Of a stretch of 64,000 nucleotides of DNA, positions 17,521 to 30,147 are shown one piece after another. The notes under the pieces were generated by a model that ran no database searches, was not told the origin of the DNA, and worked only from the letters and a program-made list of their open reading frames with translations. The DNA is from Planctomycetota bacterium (GTDB lineage Bacteria; Planctomycetota; Planctomycetia; Pirellulales; Lacipirellulaceae), in NCBI GenBank assembly GCA_039190745.1, contig JBCCXZ010000005.1, forward strand, positions 35,506-99,505. The letters are read 5' to 3'. Both the position numbers and the translations under genes were made by a program. How positions within the stretch are numbered: position 1 is the stretch's first letter; each line of letters starts with the position of its first letter.

Positions 17521-20409
17521 TCAACCCGCCCCGCCGGCAGCAGCCGAGCTGTAGAGATTAGCGCCAAGCTCGCCAGTAAGAACTCGGCCCGTAACTGAAT
17601 CAGGATCCGCAGCAATTTGCTCAGGGGTTCCCACGGCAACCACTTGGCCGCCCTCTTCCGCGGCCCCAGGGCCGAGGTCGATGAGGTAGTCCGCCGCTTT
17701 CATCACTAGCGGGTTGTGGTCGACCGTCACGATAGAGTGGCCCAGTTCCAGGAGCGATTCGAAGCAGTCCAGTAACTGCAAGACATCAGAGAAGTGCAGG
17801 CCTGTGGTGGGTTCGTCGAACACGAACAGCGTGCGGCCTTTACGGGGCGCGGCGATGTAGGTCGCGAGCTTAAGCCGCTGCGACTCACCGCCGGAGAGCG
17901 TGTTGGCTGGTTGGCCAAGCCGCAGGTAGTCGAGCCCCACATCCAAGAGCGACTGCAGCTTCGTGAGGATCTTCCGTTGGCCTCGGAAGAACGTGAACGC
18001 CTCGCGGACCGAGAAGTTGAGTACGTCGGCGATCGTACACCCGCGGTGCTTCACTTGCAGCACCTCTCGCCGGTAGCGGTTGCCCTGGCACTCGGCGCAC
18101 TTCATGTACACGTCGGCCACGAACCGCATGTCGACCTGGGTATAACCTTCCCCAGCGCACGATTCGCAACGCCCGCCTTTGACGTTGAAGCTGAAGTGGC
18201 TCGCGGTGAAGCCCATCGACTGCGCTTCGACGCTCTCGGCAAACAACGCGCGGATTGGGTCGAACGCCTTCACCGCGGTCACCGGGTTGGAGCGGGGTGA
18301 GCGACCGATCGGTCCCTGGTCGATCATCACCGCGTCTTCAACTTGTGAGGCCCCGAGCAACTCGTCATGCTCCAGCGGCGTGTCGGCGTCGGCGCCCAAC
18401 GCGCGCGCGACCGCGGGGAACAAGGTCCGCTCGACGAGGGTTGTCTTGCCCGAGCCGCTCACGCCCGTCACCGCGCAGAGCACACCAAGCGGGAATTCGA
18501 CCGACACGTCTTGCAAGTTATTTCCTCGGGCGCCGATCAGTCGCAACCAACCTTGTTCGTTTTCGCGTCGCTCCAAACCCATCTCGCCGCCCCGCCGTCC
18601 GGAGACCCAGTCGCCGGTACGGCTTTCGGTCGACTCGATCATGCCGGCGACCGTGCCCTCGTAGACCAGCCTGCCCCCGGCCTCGCCGGCGCCGGGGCCT
18701 AGTTCGACCACGTGGTCTGCCGCGGCGATCAACTGCGGTTCGTGCTCCACCACGGCGACGGTGTTGCCGCGGTCGCGGAGGGCCTCCACGCTCTGCACCA
18801 AGCGGGGTACGTCGGCGGGGTGGAGCCCTGCGCACGGCTCGTCGAGCACGTAGAGCATGCCGACCAGATTGGAACCCAGAGCCGAAGTGAGCGCAACGCG
18901 TTGGGCCTCGCCGCCGCTGAGGGTGCGCAGCGGGCGGTCGATCGTCAGGTGCCCGACACCGACCACGTTGAGGTAATCGAGGCGGTAGGTGATCTGCTCC
19001 AGGAGCAACCTGCCAACCGACTCCTGCCAGTCGTCGAGCCGGAGACTGCGGAGCCAGTCTATCGCGTCACGGATCTTCATCCCCGCGACGTCGGCAAAAC
19101 TGCGGCCCGCGATCTGCACTGCGAGGGCCTCCTGCCTCAGGCGGGCGCCGCCGCACGCGCTACAGGGGTAGTAACTCCGCCAGCGGCTTAGAAAGACGCG
19201 GAGATGCATCTTGTATTTCCGCCGCTCAAGCCACTGGAAGAACCCGTCAAGTCCGCCGAAGTCTCGCTCCGGCACACCGGTGCGGATCAGAGCTAGGTGC
19301 TCTTCGGCAAGCTCCTCGAATGGAGTGGCCACAGGTATGCCGTAATCGGGCGCCAGTTCGAGCAGCTCATCGAGCTCGTGCTTGTAGGCTGGCGTGTTCC
19401 AAGGTGCAATGGCTCCATCGCGTATCGATTTCCTGGTGTCCGGCACCACCTTGTTCATGTCAACATCAATGACGTTGCCAAACCCCTCGCAAGTGGGGCA
19501 TGCTCCGAGTGGGTTGTTATAGTTCAGCAGTTGCGGCTCAGGCTTGACGAACTCGATGCCGCACTCTTCGCACCGCAGGTCGGTGCTGCAGGAGTGGGTG
19601 ATCCAGGGTCGTTCATCAAGATCGATCGTCACGAACCCCGGAGGGGCCTCCTCTCCGTCGTGCTCCGCCCACACCCTGCATACGCCGCGGCCGGCTGCCA
19701 GCGCGCTCTCCAACGAGTCGAGTGTCCGCTCGACTTGGTCGTCGCTGTTCTTTAGGCGGTCGAGGACCACGTCGGCACTGTCGCGTCCATCGAGTAACTC
19801 GACAGCTTTTTCGTCGAGATCGATAGTCCGACCATCAACTACTAGCCGGCGGTAGCCCAACGCCTTCAAGTCGGCGAGCCACGCTTCGGTGTCACGGGCC
19901 GGGCCGCAGTGCGAGGGGAAGCCGATCATCACACGCGCTCCCTCGGGCAGGCCGCGGATGCTCTCGACGGTCGACTCGGCGGATTCTTCCTTCACCACGT
20001 TGCCGCACCCGTAGCAGACCACGCGGCCGATCTTGGCGAAGAGCATCTGCAAGTGCTCGTTGATCTGCGACGAGCTGCCGACGGTCGCCCGGCTCGAGCG
20101 GCTGACCGACTTCCGCGTGATGGCGATCGAGGGGGGAATGGCCTCGACCGCCTCTGCGTCGGGCTTGTCGAGCTGCTCGAGGAACTGGCGGGTGTAGGTC
20201 GAGAAGCTCTCGATGTACCGCCGCTGGCCCTCGGCGTAGAGCGTGTCGAGCGCCAGGCTCGTCTTGCCGCTGCCGCTGACGCCGCAGAAGGCGATCAGCT
20301 TTCCGAGGGGGAGGTCCAGGTCGAGCGACTGCAGGTTGTGCACCCGGACCCCACGGAGCTGGACGCAATCGGCACTCAAGGGGGAACCTGTTGGGGGCAA
20401 GAGACTCAC
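17521..20409 (-). CDS. uvrA: Excinuclease ABC subunit A (UvrA family)
   Basis: VRVHNL, GVSGSGKTSLA.DTLYAEGQRRYIES, NNPLGACPTCEG, LSGGEAQR, LYVLDEP, GARGNNL, GVSGSGKTT, FSFNVKGGRCESC, LSGGESQRLKLA, DEPTTGLH. Confidence 0.95.
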   Translation of the reverse strand: MSLLPPTGSPLSADCVQLRGVRVHNLQSLDLDLPLGKLIAFCGVSGSGKTSLALDTLYAEGQRRYIESFSTYTRQFLEQLDKPDAEAVEAIPPSIAITRKSVSRSSRATVGSSSQINEHLQMLFAKIGRVVCYGCGNVVKEESAESTVESIRGLPEGARVMIGFPSHCGPARDTEAWLADLKALGYRRLVVDGRTIDLDEKAVELLDGRDSADVVLDRLKNSDDQVERTLDSLESALAAGRGVCRVWAEHDGEEAPPGFVTIDLDERPWITHSCSTDLRCEECGIEFVKPEPQLLNYNNPLGACPTCEGFGNVIDVDMNKVVPDTRKSIRDGAIAPWNTPAYKHELDELLELAPDYGIPVATPFEELAEEHLALIRTGVPERDFGGLDGFFQWLERRKYKMHLRVFLSRWRSYYPCSACGGARLRQEALAVQIAGRSFADVAGMKIRDAIDWLRSLRLDDWQESVGRLLLEQITYRLDYLNVVGVGHLTIDRPLRTLSGGEAQRVALTSALGSNLVGMLYVLDEPCAGLHPADVPRLVQSVEALRDRGNTVAVVEHEPQLIAAADHVVELGPGAGEAGGRLVYEGTVAGMIESTESRTGDWVSGRRGGEMGLERRENEQGWLRLIGARGNNLQDVSVEFPLGVLCAVTGVSGSGKTTLVERTLFPAVARALGADADTPLEHDELLGASQVEDAVMIDQGPIGRSPRSNPVTAVKAFDPIRALFAESVEAQSMGFTASHFSFNVKGGRCESCAGEGYTQVDMRFVADVYMKCAECQGNRYRREVLQVKHRGCTIADVLNFSVREAFTFFRGQRKILTKLQSLLDVGLDYLRLGQPANTLSGGESQRLKLATYIAAPRKGRTLFVFDEPTTGLHFSDVLQLLDCFESLLELGHSIVTVDHNPLVMKAADYLIDLGPGAAEEGGQVVAVGTPEQIAADPDSVTGRVLTGELGANLYSSAAAGGAG

Positions 20410-20547
20410 GGCAAACTACCCATTCTAGCCGATCGCGACCGCCCCCCGCCACCGCCTAGCCGCCTACGACTCGGGGCCGGCTGTCGCTAAAATAATGCTA
20501 GGATCGCGTCCCGACGGGGGTTCTCAGGCCCGGCGCCAGGTAACGGC

Positions 20548-20865
20548 ATGGCTTCGAAAAAAACCAAAACGATCAACCCGTTCTACGTGCTGCTGATCCC
20601 GGCGAGCGCCGCATTTTGCATCACCGCTGTAGCCTACGGGTACATGGCGTTCCAGGCCGTCAATTCCGGCAGACTGGGGATCGGTGAGCACGCCGACCAT
20701 CCGCTTTACGTTTGGTTGCAGGCGTACGGCACGGCGGCCATCCTGATTGAATTGGCGGTGCTGGCCGTCCTGACGATCGGGGCGATCGGTACCGACGGCT
20801 ACTGGTCGCGGGCGTCGGACGATGGCGGCGCCGGCACGGCTGACGCCGAAGACCAACCAAGTTAA
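20548..20865 (+). CDS. Small two-TM membrane protein
   Basis: NPFYVLL.. followed by two hydrophobic segments; ends 15 nt before ligA. Confidence 0.7.
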   Translation: MASKKTKTINPFYVLLIPASAAFCITAVAYGYMAFQAVNSGRLGIGEHADHPLYVWLQAYGTAAILIELAVLAVLTIGAIGTDGYWSRASDDGGAGTADAEDQPS

Positions 20866-23250
<2,385 letters not shown>

Positions 23251-23254
23251 CACC

Positions 23255-25420
23255 CTATTCTTCGCTAAGGGCGCGCCGGACGTCCGGCGGCAGCTTCACT
23301 CCGGCTGCTTCGGCGGCGAGGATCTCCTGGCGAGCCTCCGCGGTCCTGCCCTGTTGCCAGAGGTGGACGCCCAGGTTGAACCGCAAGGTTGCCGAGTCCG
23401 GCCGCGACGCGAGCCCGTCTCTGTAAACGGTCTCCGCCTCTTCGGAACGCCCAACCGCCGCGAGCAACGCCCCCAAGTTCCCGGCTACGTCCGGGTCTCC
23501 GCGGCGTAACCGCCACGCCGTTTCTAGAGATTCGAGCGCCGCGGCCGGGCGCCCCGCCGCGAGCAGCGCGTTGCCGAGCAGCATGTGGGCGTCGTGCCGA
23601 TCGGGCTCCAGCTCGATTGCCTTCTGGAGCGGGCCGATGGCGGCGGCCGGGTCGTTTCGACGCAGGCTCAACAGCCCGAGTTGAACGTGCGGCTCAGCGA
23701 CGCTCGGCGCCAACTCCGCCGCTTGGGTTAACTCCTCGTGTGCCGCCAGCGGTTCTTCTGCAAGAGCCAGCGCAGCGCCGTACGCATTGCGCGCCCGCCA
23801 GTCATCAGGTTGTCGATCGGCAAGTTTGCCGGCCGCTTCAACAGCCGCTTCGGTGTCGCCGCCGGCCATCTGCACCGCCACTCGGCCTAACCCGGCCTCC
23901 AATGAGCCCGGGGAGACCTCTTCGAGACGCCGATATGCCCAGGCCGCGCCTGAGTAATCTCCTAACTGAAGCCGTGCCGCTGCGAGGTCGTCGAGCAATT
24001 CGGCCGACCGAGGCTGCACACATAGGCCCTTCTCGGCGTGCTCGGCGGCCGCTGCCGGGTTTCCCTCGGCAAGTGCTAGTCGGGCGAGCAAGACCCGTGC
24101 GTCGGGAACGTTCGGGGTTAGTTCCGCCAGCTCCCTCATCGAGGCCTGCAATCGCTCGCGGTCGCCGCCGCGCTCCACCCCGAGGAACAAAAGACCGGCA
24201 ATGATGGCGAAGAGCACCGCGGACTTGCCCAAGTGGATCAGCGAGTCGGCCCGCGCGGCCAACGCGTTGGAGAGTGTCGGCCCTTCAACCAGGTGCTCCT
24301 GAGTCGGCTTCTCGCTCACCCGCCAGATAAATCCGTCGAAGTAAAAGTGCAGCATCGAAGAAGCCACAAACCACGAGAGGAGCCACTGGGAAGCGTCGTC
24401 CGCTGAGCCCGCGAAGAGGTACCGCTCCTCGGAACCGGTAAACAAGCGGAGCGAGCCGTAGGCCGCGATCAAGGCCAGGTAAACGCCCAGCATCGTCCAC
24501 CGATCGCTGAACAGGAATGAGAAGAGCCCAAACCGTCCGCCGGCCTTCTGGAAACGCTTGCGGCTGTAGAACCAGACAATCGCGTTGTACTGCAACGCGT
24601 GGTAGACCTCGAACATCGCGATCCCGATCGCGAGGTTGGTCGTTAACCGCCCGCAGTACCAATAGAACCAACCGGTGACCCCGGCGAGCAGCAGCTTGGT
24701 TGGGTTAAGCGGTTCGCCGGTCCGCATCCGGCGGAGGCACTCAAGCGTGTACAGCAAGAGCAGGACTAAGCCGATGGAAGCTACCGTGATCCGCAGGCCT
24801 GAGAGCATTGCCGGAGCAGGCGGCGTGGCGCCGGCGGCTGCCATCACTTGCCCGATGCCAAACACGCGCGTGTCGCTGAATACGACGCCCGCGGTAAAGA
24901 TCAAGAGGCAGAGACCGTGGTCAAGCCGAGCCGACCAAGGTGTGGTCACCCCGGCCCGAACGTCGTAAATCCTCATCAAGCCGTAGGTCTGCATCAGGCC
25001 GTGCCAGGTGCCCCAGAACAAGAGCAGCAGTTCTAGGCCATGCAAATGGGTCCAAGACATCCCTAGTGTCTCTCGGACCATCGCCGGAGGCGTGAAGAGC
25101 AACGCGACGCCAAAGGCGATGGGCGGAGCGAGCAGGAACCGCCAGCGGTAACGTGCGAAGAGATCGCTGTCTCCGTACGCCCGCAAGAAGCCAGGCAGAT
25201 GGTGGCCAAGCGAGGCGAAAGCGATGACGACCAACGAGATCTGTTCCGGGCCGAACCAGTTCGTCGATAGCCACCCGAGGATCGGCACGACCGCCAAAGG
25301 CGGCAGAACCAGGTACGCCAAGTCCCAGCGGGGCGAGACGATCCAGGTCCAGCCGCTGAGGTTGGCTGCCAGGGGGCGGGCGGTAAGCCCGTTGCGGGGT
25401 GCGCTGGTGGGAGAGCTCAT
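23255..25420 (-). CDS. Multi-pass membrane protein with conserved His motifs fused to C-terminal TPR repeats
   Basis: About 10 hydrophobic segments containing GHH, WH..MQTYG, YHALQY and LHFYFDGFIW; C-terminal A/L-rich TPR-like repeats (e.g. AHMLLGNAL, LRFNLGVHL). Confidence 0.8.
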   Translation of the reverse strand: MSSPTSAPRNGLTARPLAANLSGWTWIVSPRWDLAYLVLPPLAVVPILGWLSTNWFGPEQISLVVIAFASLGHHLPGFLRAYGDSDLFARYRWRFLLAPPIAFGVALLFTPPAMVRETLGMSWTHLHGLELLLLFWGTWHGLMQTYGLMRIYDVRAGVTTPWSARLDHGLCLLIFTAGVVFSDTRVFGIGQVMAAAGATPPAPAMLSGLRITVASIGLVLLLLYTLECLRRMRTGEPLNPTKLLLAGVTGWFYWYCGRLTTNLAIGIAMFEVYHALQYNAIVWFYSRKRFQKAGGRFGLFSFLFSDRWTMLGVYLALIAAYGSLRLFTGSEERYLFAGSADDASQWLLSWFVASSMLHFYFDGFIWRVSEKPTQEHLVEGPTLSNALAARADSLIHLGKSAVLFAIIAGLLFLGVERGGDRERLQASMRELAELTPNVPDARVLLARLALAEGNPAAAAEHAEKGLCVQPRSAELLDDLAAARLQLGDYSGAAWAYRRLEEVSPGSLEAGLGRVAVQMAGGDTEAAVEAAGKLADRQPDDWRARNAYGAALALAEEPLAAHEELTQAAELAPSVAEPHVQLGLLSLRRNDPAAAIGPLQKAIELEPDRHDAHMLLGNALLAAGRPAAALESLETAWRLRRGDPDVAGNLGALLAAVGRSEEAETVYRDGLASRPDSATLRFNLGVHLWQQGRTAEARQEILAAEAAGVKLPPDVRRALSEE

Positions 25421-25690
25421 CGGTGCGGGCGGTGCGGTCTGCCGTTGGGCGGCGGCCTCGGTCTGGGGCCGTTTCTCTAGTATTGCACCCGGAGACCGGA
25501 GCGCGGCGGCCGATCCCTCGGCAATCGCCTGCGGCCCTGCCTGATCGGAGTGTTTTTCTTGGATTTTCTCGCCCGGGCTGCTTATCCTAAGACCAGTGAA
25601 GGCAACAGCCTGCGTGCCCCGTGCACCCCCTCCGCGGCTCCGATCCCGCTGGCCTCCTCCCGATCGAACTACGACTTGAAGGCGAACCAG

Positions 25691-26626
25691 ATGAAGCGGC
25701 TTTTCTCGACTCTTGTGCTGGCGTTCGCGCTCACTGCCACCACGGCTCTCGGCGCCGACGCCCCCCCTGCAACCGATCCTGGCCAGCAGCCGGCTTCAGG
25801 CGGTGAGCCCGAGCCGATCGATATCTTCGACGCTATCGATACCGGGCTGCTCGAGGTGAAGTTCGTCGCTCGCGACGCCCGTCGCGGCCGGCTGGTGATG
25901 ACCAACAATACCGATCAGCCGGTCGACGTGATGGTTCCGGAAGCCTTCGCGGGCGTGCCGGTCTTGCGTCAGCTCGGCGGAGGCGGAGGCGGTCTCGGAG
26001 GCGGAGGCGGCGGACTTGGCGGCGGCGGCGGCCAGCAGAATGTCGGCGGCGGTGGGGGAGGGGGTGGACGCGGTGGCGGCGGAGGACGCTTCAGCATCCC
26101 GCCCGAACGCATCACCCGAGTCGACATCCCCCTGCTCTGCCTCGACCACGGGCTGAGAGACCCCTCGTCGAGCAAACCCTACAAAATCCGTCCGATCGAG
26201 AATGTAGTCACCGACCCGGCCGTGATCGAGATCGTCAAAGCCTTCGCCAATGGCGAGTTGCCGCGTGCCTCTTCCCAGGCGGCGGTCTGGCACGTGAATA
26301 GCGGCGTCTCGTGGAACGAACTCGCTTCGAAGCTGACGGGCACGGTACGCCACCACGTCCGCAACCCGTACTTTAGCCAGGGCGAGATTCAGGCCGGCAT
26401 CGCGATCGTCAACCGAGCGCGTGTTCTCACGGCCGGCCAGACCGTTACGCCGCGTGAGCGGACCCAGCCGGACGAGCCAACCAGTTCCGGAGGTGAAGAG
26501 CTGCGTCCCGGCGACGAGATACCCGCCGAGGACAACCAACCGGCGGAAGACCAAGCCGAGGAAGAACCCGCGGAGGGAGACGAGCAACCCGTCGAAGACG
26601 TTGGGAACGACTCCGAGGCCGCCTAA
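25691..26626 (+). CDS. Secreted hypothetical protein with poly-Gly linker and acidic tail
   Basis: Signal MKRLFSTLVLAFALTATTALG; ~38-residue Gly-rich tract; CLDHG; D/E-rich C-terminus. Confidence 0.8.
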   Translation: MKRLFSTLVLAFALTATTALGADAPPATDPGQQPASGGEPEPIDIFDAIDTGLLEVKFVARDARRGRLVMTNNTDQPVDVMVPEAFAGVPVLRQLGGGGGGLGGGGGGLGGGGGQQNVGGGGGGGGRGGGGGRFSIPPERITRVDIPLLCLDHGLRDPSSSKPYKIRPIENVVTDPAVIEIVKAFANGELPRASSQAAVWHVNSGVSWNELASKLTGTVRHHVRNPYFSQGEIQAGIAIVNRARVLTAGQTVTPRERTQPDEPTSSGGEELRPGDEIPAEDNQPAEDQAEEEPAEGDEQPVEDVGNDSEAA

Positions 26627-26629
26627 CGA

Positions 26630-28315
26630 CTAGGCCGCCCGCGAGCCGGCAAGCTGATGCTGCGCGAGCAGCTTTTGGATTTCTTGCTGGTAGGACGAAC
26701 GCTCGACCTGCCACTTGGCTTGTTCACCCTCGTGGGCGATCCGCAGCCGATTGAGTTCCTGCTCGCGGGCCACCAGCCGGGCGGCCTGTTCCTCGAGCTC
26801 GCGCTGCCGCCGCTCAAGCCATTCGGCGAGCTCACCCCGGCTGGTTTCGAGCTGCTCGTGCTGCTCGGCCAGCTCTACGCGAACCTCTTCCAGTTCGCGA
26901 CGGCGGCTCGCCACCTCTTCGGCCGCCAGCCGGAAGTGGTCCGCCAGTTGATTCTTGAGCTGCGCGACCGAGCTGGTGAGCGTCGCCGGGGCAAGCACGC
27001 CCTGCAGCCGCAGCCAGGTCTCTTCCGTTGCAAGCCGCGTCTCGAGCACGTCTCGCTGCGCCGCCCGTAACTGCTCGCGGAGCCCGTCAAGCGCGCGGCC
27101 ACGTTGCTCGGCCTCGGCTTCGCGTGCGTCGAGTCGTCGTTGCTCCTCGGCCTGCTCCGCCTTGGCCTGCTGCCTCGTCTGTTCGATCTGCCGTCGCTCG
27201 CGGGTCGCGGTGGTTTCAAGTTCAAGCTGCTGCTGCTGCAGAGAGCGTCTCGACTCTTCGAGTTGCACCTGCTGGTCTGCCAGCAAGAGCTCGGCCGCCT
27301 CGACGCACTGCGCGCGGGCGTCGAGTTCGGCGTCCCGTTGCTGCACCTCGCTGATTCTCTGTTCGGTGACGCCGAGCCGCTCGTAGCGTTCGATGGCCAG
27401 CTTAATTTCACGGTCGCGGAACTCCAGCCGCCGACTCCGCTCGTCGAGGCCCGCCTCACGCTCTTCCAGTTGTACCGCAGACCGCTCGATCTCAGCGGCC
27501 CGCAATTCGATCTCGCCCGAGCGTTCACCGAGTTTCTGCTCCCAAGCCTTGAGTTCGGCCAGCCGCGATTTCAGCTCCTGGTCGACCTTACCAAACTGCT
27601 CGCGTTCCTGGGTGAGCGCAACACGCTCGCTTGTCGCCGCCTCTTGCTGATTGTAAAGTTCGGCCTCACGCCGATCGAGCTCTCGTTGCCTGTCTTCGAG
27701 CGCTGCGTTCTTGCTGTCGAGCGCTTCCTGCTTCTCTAGGCACAGCGCGGTCCGCAGCTCCAAGTCACGCAGCTTCTGCTGCGACTCGGCCTCGGCAACT
27801 TGCAGCTCCATCTCACGCTCGTCGATCTGCTCGGCCCGTTGCTTGAGGTCTTCAGCCGCTAGGCCGGTCGCGTCTTCGCGTTCGCGCTGAGAATCCCGTT
27901 CGTTGCCGACTTCTTCTGCCTGCCTGCGAACTTTTTCCTCTCGCTCTTCGAGTTCTGACTGTTTCTGGTCCAGCCAAAGCCTTGCGTTCCGGACACGGTC
28001 TTCGAACTCCGCTTCCTGAGAACTCACCATCGATTGACGACGCTCGAGCTCGGCCATCCGCTCCTGCAATCGGTCGCCGAGCTGCTCCGCGTGCCGAACC
28101 GAGGCTGACTCTACCAGCAGCTCCGGCGGAGCCGCTTGGTGTGAGGCTTGCGACTCCTCGGCCGTCTTCGCACGCTCGGCGTCGGCCGCCGCCGGGACGC
28201 CCGTCGGTTCGCCGGACCTGCGACGTAGGCCGTGCGCACCGTCAACACGCGACTCGCGTGACGAATCGCCGTTGGAATCTGAGGTTTCACCCGGGTTCTG
28301 TGACGATTCGTTCAT
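26630..28315 (-). CDS. Long coiled-coil protein
   Basis: About 450 residues of E/R/Q/L heptad-like sequence after a disordered N-terminus; no ATPase motifs. Confidence 0.8.
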   Translation of the reverse strand: MNESSQNPGETSDSNGDSSRESRVDGAHGLRRRSGEPTGVPAAADAERAKTAEESQASHQAAPPELLVESASVRHAEQLGDRLQERMAELERRQSMVSSQEAEFEDRVRNARLWLDQKQSELEEREEKVRRQAEEVGNERDSQREREDATGLAAEDLKQRAEQIDEREMELQVAEAESQQKLRDLELRTALCLEKQEALDSKNAALEDRQRELDRREAELYNQQEAATSERVALTQEREQFGKVDQELKSRLAELKAWEQKLGERSGEIELRAAEIERSAVQLEEREAGLDERSRRLEFRDREIKLAIERYERLGVTEQRISEVQQRDAELDARAQCVEAAELLLADQQVQLEESRRSLQQQQLELETTATRERRQIEQTRQQAKAEQAEEQRRLDAREAEAEQRGRALDGLREQLRAAQRDVLETRLATEETWLRLQGVLAPATLTSSVAQLKNQLADHFRLAAEEVASRRRELEEVRVELAEQHEQLETSRGELAEWLERRQRELEEQAARLVAREQELNRLRIAHEGEQAKWQVERSSYQQEIQKLLAQHQLAGSRAA

Positions 28316-28531
28316 CGAAAAGCCCGTCGTAAGCTGAGAGCAGGGGAGTTGCCGCGACCGCAGGCCACACCGATAAGTCGCCTTAATCGGCAAGAGTTGC
28401 CCAGAACGTGCAATCGGCGCCCGGGCGGTAGGCAGTCCACAGCAAAGCTCAAGAACGGCCGGAACGGCCTCGGACGGCCTCCTGGGCGCTAGCAGCGCTA
28501 GCTACGCGCGGGGCGGCCAGCAGCTAGGCCG

Positions 28532-29329
28532 CTAGCCCGCCACAGGGTTAGTCAGCTCGCCGATTCCCTCGATCTCTACCGTGACAGTGTCGCCCGTCTG
28601 CAAGAACACCGGCGGGTTCCTGGCCATGCCCACACCCGAAGGCGTGCCGGTCAGGATGACGGTCCCAGGCAACAACGTTGTGTTGCCGCTTAAGAACTCG
28701 ATGAGGGTTGGCACGTCGAAGATCATGTCCGACGTGCTCGAATCCTGCATCAACTCACCGTTAAGAAGCGTGCGGATGCGGAGGGCGTTCGGGTCGGCGA
28801 TCTCGTCCGCCGTAGTGAGGCAGGGCCCCAACGGCGCGAACGTGTCGAACGTCTTGGCCCGGCAAAATTGGCCGCCGCCCCATTCTTTCTGCCAGTCGCG
28901 GGCGCTCACGTCGTTCGCGCAAGCGTACCCCAGCACGTAATCCAGCGCGTCGGCTTTGGCTACGTTCTTGCACTCGCGGCCGATCACCACGGCCAATTCG
29001 CCTTCGTAGTCTACCTTGTCGCTCCGGAGTGTCCGCGGCAGCTCGATCGGCTCGCCAGGGTGCTGTACGGCGGTCTTCGATTTCATAAACACCACCGGGA
29101 AACTAGGGCGCTGCGCGCCCGTCTCGTCCGCGTGTGCGGCGTAGTTCAACCCGATGCAGAAGAACACTTCCGGCTCAAGCGGAGCCAAGGTGTCGGCGAT
29201 CTCCACGGGCTCGCCAGTGTCTCGGAGCGAGCCATAGAGAACTCCGTCAAGCCGGGTGACAGCCCCCTCTACTCCTAGGACGCCTAAGCCGGTTGCACCA
29301 GCCCGGTCTTGGTAGCGAACGATCTTCAC
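28532..29329 (-). CDS. Fumarylacetoacetate hydrolase family protein
   Basis: CIGLNYAAHA.E, PVVFMK, VDYEGELAVVIG, NDVSARDWQ, KTFDTFAPLGP, ILTGTPSGVG. GTG start at 29329. Confidence 0.93.
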   Translation of the reverse strand: MKIVRYQDRAGATGLGVLGVEGAVTRLDGVLYGSLRDTGEPVEIADTLAPLEPEVFFCIGLNYAAHADETGAQRPSFPVVFMKSKTAVQHPGEPIELPRTLRSDKVDYEGELAVVIGRECKNVAKADALDYVLGYACANDVSARDWQKEWGGGQFCRAKTFDTFAPLGPCLTTADEIADPNALRIRTLLNGELMQDSSTSDMIFDVPTLIEFLSGNTTLLPGTVILTGTPSGVGMARNPPVFLQTGDTVTVEIEGIGELTNPVAG

Positions 29330-29473
29330 GGTGATTTCACCCTCGGGTTTTTTCGAAGCCGGACCCGTTGTAACGGCTCCGCTAACCGCAGGCAATTCTG
29401 CAGCCGCGGTGGCCGTTCTAGTCCGTTGCCGTACAATCTCAGGTACTGAGTTACTAAACCATGGACTAATTCG

Positions 29474-30136
29474 ATGCACGCCCTTTCCGCCTTGCACCGC
29501 CGCCGGTTCCTGCATACCACGCTCACCGGAGCAGCCGGCCTCTACGCACCGGGGGTTTTCGCCGAAGCGTTGACGCTCACTCCTCGGATGACCGAGGGCC
29601 CGTTCTACCCCGACCACCTCCCGCTCGACACCGACAATGATCTCCTGACGGTCAACGACGGCCTCACGCCGGCGGTCGGTGAGGTCACTCACCTCACTGG
29701 GCGAGTGCTCGACATGTCCGGCAGCCCGCTCCGCAACGTCGCTGTCGAAATCTGGCAAGTCGATAGCAAAGGAGCGTACATCCACACCGACAGCGCCCGC
29801 CGCGGCAGCCGCGACACCAACTTCCAAGGCTTCGGGCGGTTTCTCACCAACGCCAAAGGCGAGTACTACTTCCGCACCATCAAGCCTGTCGCGTACGGTT
29901 CGAGGACGCCCCACATCCACTTCGCGGTGAACCGGGGTGACCGGCGGCTGCTGACGACCCAGATGCTTGTGCGCGGTGAGCCCCAGAACGAGCGGGACGG
30001 GCTCTTCCGCCGCTTCCGCAAGGGCCCCGAGCGGGAAGCGATCCTCGCGGACTTCGTACCGGTAGAAGGCTCGTCTACGGGTGAGCTCCAGGCGAGCTTC
30101 GACCTGGTGCTGGGCGTCACCCCAGAAGACGCTTAA
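29474..30136 (+). CDS. Intradiol ring-cleavage dioxygenase family protein with twin-arginine signal
   Basis: HRRRFL Tat-like motif; TEGPFYP, VEIWQ.D..GAY, FQGFGR, FRTIKPVAY..RTPHIHF. Confidence 0.9.
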   Translation: MHALSALHRRRFLHTTLTGAAGLYAPGVFAEALTLTPRMTEGPFYPDHLPLDTDNDLLTVNDGLTPAVGEVTHLTGRVLDMSGSPLRNVAVEIWQVDSKGAYIHTDSARRGSRDTNFQGFGRFLTNAKGEYYFRTIKPVAYGSRTPHIHFAVNRGDRRLLTTQMLVRGEPQNERDGLFRRFRKGPEREAILADFVPVEGSSTGELQASFDLVLGVTPEDA

Positions 30137-30147
30137 GGCTGCCGTAA

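Noticed and set aside
25975..26085. GGC-rich tandem repeat as CRISPR or VNTR
   Set aside because: Encodes an in-frame poly-Gly linker with synonymous variation; no repeat-spacer structure.
26630..28315. SMC or chromosome-segregation protein
   Set aside because: Coiled coil only; no Walker A/B or hinge motifs.
29330..29920. Extended N-terminus of the 462-aa FAH ORF
   Set aside because: Overlaps the divergent dioxygenase gene antisense; FAH similarity starts at GTG 29329.
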